In this document: positions 58,169 to 64,000 of the stretch, in pieces
Position numbering within the stretch: position 1 is the first letter of the stretch
Layout of the letters: the number at the start of each line of letters is the position of its first letter
The notes under the pieces: model-generated
Database searches by the model: none
What the model was told of the DNA's origin: nothing
The model's input: the letters and a program-made list of their open reading frames with translations, nothing else
Source: Planctomycetaceae bacterium
Lineage (GTDB): Bacteria; Planctomycetota; Planctomycetia; Planctomycetales; Planctomycetaceae
Assembly: GCA_037719765.1 (NCBI GenBank)
Contig: JBBJME010000001.1
Coordinates: 12,967 to 76,966, forward strand
Direction of reading: 5' to 3'
Length of the DNA stretch: 64,000 nt
Made by a program: the position numbers and the translations under genes

Positions 58169-59545
58169 TCAGTAGGTGATAATCGCGTCGATACCAAAGA
58201 CGGTTGAGTTGAACAAATCGTCGTGTCCAGGGGCCGCTAATGAGTTCGTGGCACCGGGTGCCCACATGTGGCGAACTTCGGGACGAATCACAAGTTTGTC
58301 CATCGGCTTAATGTTTACACCCCAGGTCAAGGTGTTGTAGGACGTGCCGTCAGCCTTGTACCACTCTTGTCGAGTACCGGCTTTCAGCTTATCATTGATC
58401 GTGTAGAACAGATAATTGATCTGACCGATCGAATTGTCGGCCAGTCCGTCGGTCTCAAAGTTAGTCCCAAGGTTTGTGTTGAGGACGTCGAGCTGGTGGA
58501 CAGTTGAAATCTTGTCCGACCAGTTCTGAGTGATGTACATGCTGCTGAGCGTTCCGTCACCGCGCGAACCTAAGTTGCCAAACGTGCCCACATAAGTGAA
58601 GGTCGTGGCGTCGGTAAGCTTGTAGATCGTGCCGGCGAGCACATTACTGCCGTTGTTGAAACGGTCGAATCCAGTATCCCAGCCTGCGGTCCAGCCACCG
58701 AGGACCGTAAGGTTGTCACTGGCCTTGTAGGTCCCCAGAATACCTGTGTGTGTGAACGGTTCACTGTTATACCAGGTCAATCCTCCGCTGAAGAAGAAGT
58801 TCGCGTAAGTCGGAACTGTTTCATAGCCAACCGGCGTGTAGAAGTGACCGACTTTCAACGTCAAATCATCAATTGCCATTTCTGCATACAACTGGGGCAT
58901 GGCCCATTCGTAAATGCCATGATCCCAGCCATTCAGGAAGTCGAATTCGCCTGGGTTATTGCCAAACGACTGGCCTTCCCCGGCATCAACCCCGTAGATC
59001 GTTTCTACCCGGAAGCCCCAGTCCACACCTTTGCTGCCATCAGCCAGCTTGCCAATGTACAGCCCCTGTTGTCTGAGGTTGAAGTTGTTTTCTTCCGTGG
59101 CGTTGTTGAAGCCACCGCCAAAGTTCGTGTTGTTAAACGCCCCATTGCCGGTGAAGGCTCCGTCTGGTCCCGACTGGTAGCCGAATTGTGTCCAACCGCC
59201 AGTGGTAACACCGTGGCCCCAGTCTCCGAACATGCCCAGTGTTCTTTCCGGTGCTTCGCTTGCAACTTCGCCGCAGGATTCTGCCAGAGCGTCACCGCAG
59301 GTGTTCGTGGATCCGGGATCGCAAACCGATGCCGGAGCACAGCAACTTCCTGCGTCGCAGCAGCTCATGCCTGCCAGCTGCTCAGTGAGCTTTGTGCCGG
59401 CGTCCGCGAAAATCTGTTCACACTGTTTACAGTCAACTCCGGCCGGAGTACAGCAGCCGTCTGAGGCGAAGGCAGCGTTTGCCGCCGTCATCCCGCCGAC
59501 AAGTGCCATACCCGTGAGGAATGACTTCCATGATCGCCTTATCAT
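58169..59545 (-). CDS. Outer-membrane beta-barrel porin-like protein with Cys-rich N-terminal extension
   Basis: ATG 59543-59545 with AAGGAAAAG upstream. Signal peptide MIRRSWKSFLTGMALVGGMTAANAAFA. Alternating beta-strand pattern, and a C-terminal ...FGIDAIITY ending in an aromatic residue. Confidence 0.65.
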   Translation of the reverse strand: MIRRSWKSFLTGMALVGGMTAANAAFASDGCCTPAGVDCKQCEQIFADAGTKLTEQLAGMSCCDAGSCCAPASVCDPGSTNTCGDALAESCGEVASEAPERTLGMFGDWGHGVTTGGWTQFGYQSGPDGAFTGNGAFNNTNFGGGFNNATEENNFNLRQQGLYIGKLADGSKGVDWGFRVETIYGVDAGEGQSFGNNPGEFDFLNGWDHGIYEWAMPQLYAEMAIDDLTLKVGHFYTPVGYETVPTYANFFFSGGLTWYNSEPFTHTGILGTYKASDNLTVLGGWTAGWDTGFDRFNNGSNVLAGTIYKLTDATTFTYVGTFGNLGSRGDGTLSSMYITQNWSDKISTVHQLDVLNTNLGTNFETDGLADNSIGQINYLFYTINDKLKAGTRQEWYKADGTSYNTLTWGVNIKPMDKLVIRPEVRHMWAPGATNSLAAPGHDDLFNSTVFGIDAIITY

Positions 59546-60089
59546 TGCTTTTCCTTCGCTCTCATCCGTGAGTTCCTGCCAGCCTTCATTCCTCCCGAAC
59601 GAAAGCCGACATGAGCCCGATTTATGTGTCAACAAAACTCGCCGGAGTCACTGCGGTCGGCGAATGATGTGACGAAAATCCCTGAGCCCACACGGTGTGG
59701 TCATTGCTCGATCGGGGCTAATTCGGTATCGGTCCTGAAGCCCCAGCTCCCGCGCCCGTGATTTCTTGAAATGTGTTCCGGAGCAAAGAATCTGACTTTC
59801 TCTAACACATAATTCGGCGCAGCTGCGAATCCTTCGCGATCGGCAATGTCTTCGCAGCTTTCCTGAATTTGGATCGTTGGTGGACAAGACGGAATTGCAT
59901 CGAACGGATTAGGACAGTTCACGGCGCACATCGGCAGAAAGTGCGGAAGCCACGTATTGATTGTCTGTGATCGTTTTTTCGCGGAGCACGCGACGAAACT
60001 ACCCGAGTCCCAGTCACTTGCGACGTTTCAATGGCAATGAAAACGTCGCACCGACTCCGCGGGACAGGCGTTTGTCAGATCAGGCGGGA

Positions 60090-63000
60090 CTACTCAACCA
60101 TAACTTTGACAGCCACGGGCTTGCTAATGACTGAGCCACTGGAAACCTGGGCTCGCACATTCAGATTTGGGACTTCGCCGGGTGCAGCCGACTCGGGAAT
60201 TGTCAGGTTGATCGTGAAGGCGAATTGCCCGGCAGCGACGGTCGCAGGTGCCGCTGCAAAATCTTTGGGCAGTCCGTCCAGTTCCACCATGAATTCACCA
60301 TCGTACGATGGATGACGCTGCAAGGTCCCGTGATGATTGCCCCACCTGCCTTGGTGCCTTTCACTTCTGCCAGCGGTGCGACGGTGATCGCGTCTTCGAT
60401 GAACAGTGTCGTTGGGGCTGTCCACGCCCTGGAACCGATTCCGGAAGCCAGTGGCTGAGTGACGAAGTCGGCGGAGATCACGACATCGATTGCGGTGGAC
60501 GGCGTATCGGTCGGTACGCGAACGGTGAGTCCAATGACGCCCTGAGAAACTGCACCGAACTGGAATTCAGTCAGTGCGATGGCGGCCTTTATTGGCGAAT
60601 CAGGCTTGTTAGGATCTTCACGGCGAGCAGGTTCGGTGGTCGTCATTTCAAAACGCACGAACGGAGGTGTCTGCTCCACTAATGGGAGGACTCGCACAGG
60701 CACTACCGCTGACAGGCCACGCAGCAGAATCGGTGGCGCGGCATCCAGCAGGATTGTGCCGAGAGTCGGGTCGGCGGGGCCTGCCACCAGGGCTTCGTCG
60801 GCCAAGGTCAGTGCATTCTTCGGAACCGAGTCGAGAACTACGGATGCCATCGCCGAAAACCCTGACGCCACTCCGTCGGCCGTTCCTGAAATCGTCAGCG
60901 AATGTCCGTCCGCAGCGACTGCGGGATTACCCGCAGCGTTGCGCGTCAGCATGACCAACACATCCTGATTTTGCTCACTTGACGCAATCGTCTGCGGCAC
61001 AATTGTGACCGACGACATTCCCGACGTCGAAAGATGAATCGGACCCGTGTATCGAAACGATGGTGACGTGCGAATGACTGACAAGCGGACCGGAGTCGAT
61101 CCGTTCAGTGGCAGTCGAATCGATTCTTCGCTTGTACTCAGGGTAAATGCGGGACGATCCGGGCGGGCCACTTGAAGCTGATAAACCGACGCTTGTGAAC
61201 CCTTTTCGTTGATATCCCGCACGCGGACCTTCAATTGCGTTACGCCTTCCGGTACAGCAAAGTTGAATGTCGGATCATCGACTCCTGAATTTCCGTCATT
61301 CTGTACGACGATGGCATCACCATTCAACAATGCCAGATGACCGCGCAACGGCGACGAGATCCCGCGCGCGGCCAGTTGGAAGTTCAGCGTCTGCCCTGGC
61401 GTGACCGTCAGCAGGACGGTATCGGATTCACCCGCCGCGGCGATGCGACCGCTGATGAATAGGGGCAGAAACGGAGCTGCAGTGAACGTCGCATCGACAG
61501 CGGCTTCCGGAAATGTGGCTTCCAAAGGTTCTACCACATGCACGCCGTTCAACGTTCTGAGTGCAGGCAGTGGAAGAATGGCGACGCCCGACTGAATCGC
61601 AATGCCGCCTTCGTTTTCCCGGATCGAGACAGCTTCAGAAATGGAGTTTTTGCTCAGTGTTCTCAATGATGTGACCGCAGACGTCAATGTCGCCGGAAAC
61701 GCAATCGACGACGGCGGCAGGTCTCCCACAATCAACCGCCAGATGCTGCCGCCTGCTGCTCGAAACTGCAGATCGTGCACTTCCGCCACGTACAGGCCAT
61801 CGGCTGGCAGGGTCACGGTCGCTCGTGCATCTCCCAGCAGTTCGGCTTGCTGCCATTGTAACGCCAAAGGAGTTCCTTCGGCCGAACGGATTTCAACGAC
61901 GGGGTCGTGTTTCGAACCAACCGGCTGGCTTCGACTTCCGCGACGATTTTCTGGTTCGCTGTCCCCCGAAACCAAAGTTGCTTCTGTTCTGTGCCTGCAA
62001 TGACGCCCGCGACTGCGGTTGGCAGCGCCCGTCGCAGGTGCTTCCTTTGTATACGTGCCTTCCGCCGCCGTTGGAATGCGGTCGACGGCGATTATGGCAG
62101 GTTTGCTGACACCCCCACCTGTCACGCAGCGCTTTCAGATAGCGTCCGGGTAATACTGTGTCTGAAACGGTCATATCGAAGAGTCCCAGGTTTGCGTTCC
62201 CGCCTTCCACGACGGAACAGGAAATTCCCGGCACGTCTGTGTGCAGCCTTGCCCCCTGCATGTTTTGACCGGCCAATTGCAAACGCGTTGTCTTGTTGAT
62301 TTCAACCGCGTGCGGGTTGACTCGCCCAATGATGGGCTGTAGTTGAGTGCTGTCTGCTCCCGCTGTCTGTTCCTGCGAAATCTCTGCGGCGGATGCACCT
62401 GCGACTTCGTTAAACAAGGCAGCGGCATCTTCGTCCGTCAAAGACTCGGCAAAGACGTGAAATTCATCACAGACCAGTCGCAGCATTTCGCCGTCGGTGA
62501 AACTGGAACCAATCGTGAGGGGCGTATCGCTCACGCACTTTGCCAGCGAAACGTCCTGCAGCCACCCGATATTGCCTTCGGCGAACCCGCCCGAGACGAC
62601 CGTGGGAGTCGCAGGCTTGCCATTGACAAACACTCGCAGCCGAACATCATCCACATCTGCGTCTGCATCGGCTCCAGGAGCGTCGGCATGGTCCAGGCTC
62701 ATGGTCAAATGCATCCGACGTCGATAACCAATCGTCTGCTTCACGCTGTATTGAGCAAGTTTGTATCCCGTGCTGTCATTGACATACACCTGAAACGTAT
62801 CAGTCCCGGGATTGAAATTAATTCCGTAGTTTGATGTGCTGCTGGTCGGATGGCGTTTGGCAAACAGGCCATGATACGTGTTGGAGTCGGCTGACTGCAG
62901 ATTTGCAAACAGGCCGCTGACAGAAACCGCATCCGGTCGGCTGACGTCTTCACTGTTTGCAATGACAATCTGTTGCTTACTTTCCGGATTGAGCAGCAGC

Positions 63001-63374
63001 GACGCACCTGTGCTGCCCGCGACAAATGCCGATGGAATTCGGGAAGGGGCCTGAGTCAGCGATACCGCATCTGCCAGTTTTCCACCCTTCGCCGAATCGG
63101 CGGTCGTCGCGATGACTCCTGATTCCGGCAAATCATCAAACGTCAGGCTCACGACAGCTCTGTCACGGACGTCCGCTGCTGCCAGATCACATACAGCTGT
63201 CACGGCGGAAATGGAGACGCAGAGAATTATCGAACGCAAAGCAACAGTTCGGGCACAGGATAGGATCACGGCAGGAGTCCAGCAGTTCAGAGTTTGGGCA
63301 GGATTCATCAACGAAGCAATGAACATAGTGGCAAGAGAATCGCCCCGGAGCAAGTGGGCGGGGAAAAAACACAC
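60090..63374 (-). pseudogene. Large secreted LamG-domain / pre-peptidase-C-terminal-like surface protein, fragmented by at least 4 frameshifts
   Basis: ORFs 61893..63374 (signal peptide, LamG-like: LFAKRHP...FQVYVNDS...LRVFVNGK), 60203..62125 and 60090..60425 are collinear pieces. Between about 61905 and 62130 the plausible sequence (LPGRYLKAL / VTGGGVSKPAIIAVDRIP / PTAVAGVIAGTEQKQLWFRGTANQKIVAEVEASRL / GSKHDPVVEIRSAEG) hops through three frames. Confidence 0.65.
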
Positions 63375-64000
63375 TTGTCAGTTCGATTCGCAGCAAGTCG
63401 TCGCGGACTCTCAAGGGCGGATGTCGCCGGTCATGCCACGACTGAGCCTGAAAGGCTCGCGCATATCAGCCTGGGGCAAGAGAATCCGCGGATGCGGATG
63501 AACGCAGCCCCAGGTTGATGTACCTTCTAAAGACGAACCCTGACAGGGTTCCGCAATGCCGGTCTGCGTTGCCCTTTCAGGGCAAAATGCGTTGCTGCCG
63601 TGGACACCTGAGGCGTTGCCCCAGGCTGACTTGCCGAGGCCCGTGGGGCCGAATCACAGTGGTTCAACACCACAAGCAGGATCAACGCGCCCAGAGTCCG
63701 CCATTTCTAAGTCGCGCACTTCATTTGTCGATGAACCCAAATTAACGGAACTCGCCACACGATTACTGTGAGGTGTGCATTATTCAATGCGTTTCGCGTC
63801 GAGAGCAGTTTGTCGCGCAAAGCCATGGGGCGCTTCGGGCAGGCAGAGGACAGAAGTGAGACGAGAGCAAACGCCAAAACGCTGCTCTCACTGTGTCTCA
63901 ACTCCTGCCACATCGAATCACACTGTTTGCGGAACCTTCGATCCTTGAAGAATCCGAATTACTTAGGCTGCTCCCCTGGATCGTTGCAGACGAGGCTCAG

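Noticed and set aside
59701-59931. A 76-aa Cys-containing ORF between the LamG gene and the porin
   Set aside because: It has an ATG start but no SD, mixed codon usage and no recognisable motif. It lies in the porin upstream region and is probably non-coding.
63375-63958. The non-coding-looking 580 bp upstream of the LamG gene, with small hairpins (for example GAACCCT-gac-AGGGTTC at 63536-63552) and a lipoprotein-like peptide (RTLGALILLVVLNHC) lacking a start codon
   Set aside because: There is no start codon in frame (TAG immediately upstream), and the hairpins are short and unremarkable. It could be another decayed gene, but the evidence is too thin.
1-64000. Mobile elements, prophage, defence islands (RM, TA, CRISPR-Cas, retrons) as an explanation for the many relics
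   Set aside because: Reading all ORFs of 60 aa or more on both strands, I found no transposase, integrase, recombinase, reverse transcriptase, Cas, toxin-antitoxin or restriction-modification signatures, and no terminal inverted repeats flanking the relics.

Overview
This 64-kb chromosomal window reads like a Planctomycetota (Planctomycetia-type) genome. The cues are a DUF1559/prepilin-type N-terminus ([17 protein letters not shown]), a Tat-signal Gfo/Idh/MocA oxidoreductase, large low-complexity secreted proteins and a beta-barrel porin. GC looks mid-50s % by eye; I did not compute it. I count about 50 protein-coding genes and one tRNA (Gly-GCC). I saw no rRNA, no CRISPR array and no recognisable transposase, integrase or phage gene.

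Layout:
- 0-20 kb: metabolism and housekeeping (aldehyde dehydrogenase, S9 peptidase, glgB, ExeA-like AAA ATPase, glycosyltransferase, ygiQ radical SAM, yjcH-actP, oxidoreductase).
- 20-30 kb: secreted/TPR/metallophosphatase genes and glpD.
- 30.4-33.5 kb: tRNA-Gly, tig, clpP, clpP.
- 33.7-53.5 kb: a ~20-kb Wzx/Wzy-type polysaccharide locus in two divergent operons.
- 53.8-64 kb: rplX, AhpD-like, lptE, bamD-like, recO, porin, and a large LamG surface protein.

Two things stand out.
1. The polysaccharide locus carries an unusual accessory set: an HprK-like P-loop kinase, a dTMP-kinase-like P-loop protein read in frame into an ATP-grasp enzyme, an APH-fold kinase, two tandem CelD/FemAB-like GNATs, a Trm112-ribbon methyltransferase and a membrane protein with a degenerate GGDEF domain. 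It has no BY-kinase. This is my best candidate for an uncharacterised glycan-decoration system, but that reading is inference from motifs only.
2. The density of broken genes and gene relics is very high, at least 12. They include ALDH, GT4, an RND tail, a repeat-protein tail, a DUF1559 head, a CoA-transferase head, a hypD-hypE fusion relic, the deacetylase, the ATP-grasp enzyme, the LamG protein and a truncated tRNA-Phe-like element. Some could be indel sequencing errors, but the truncated relics cannot.

All calls come from manual reading of the supplied ORF translations and the DNA. No searches were run. Frameshift positions are approximate. The ORF track opens at ATG, GTG or TTG, so I re-estimated starts where possible.
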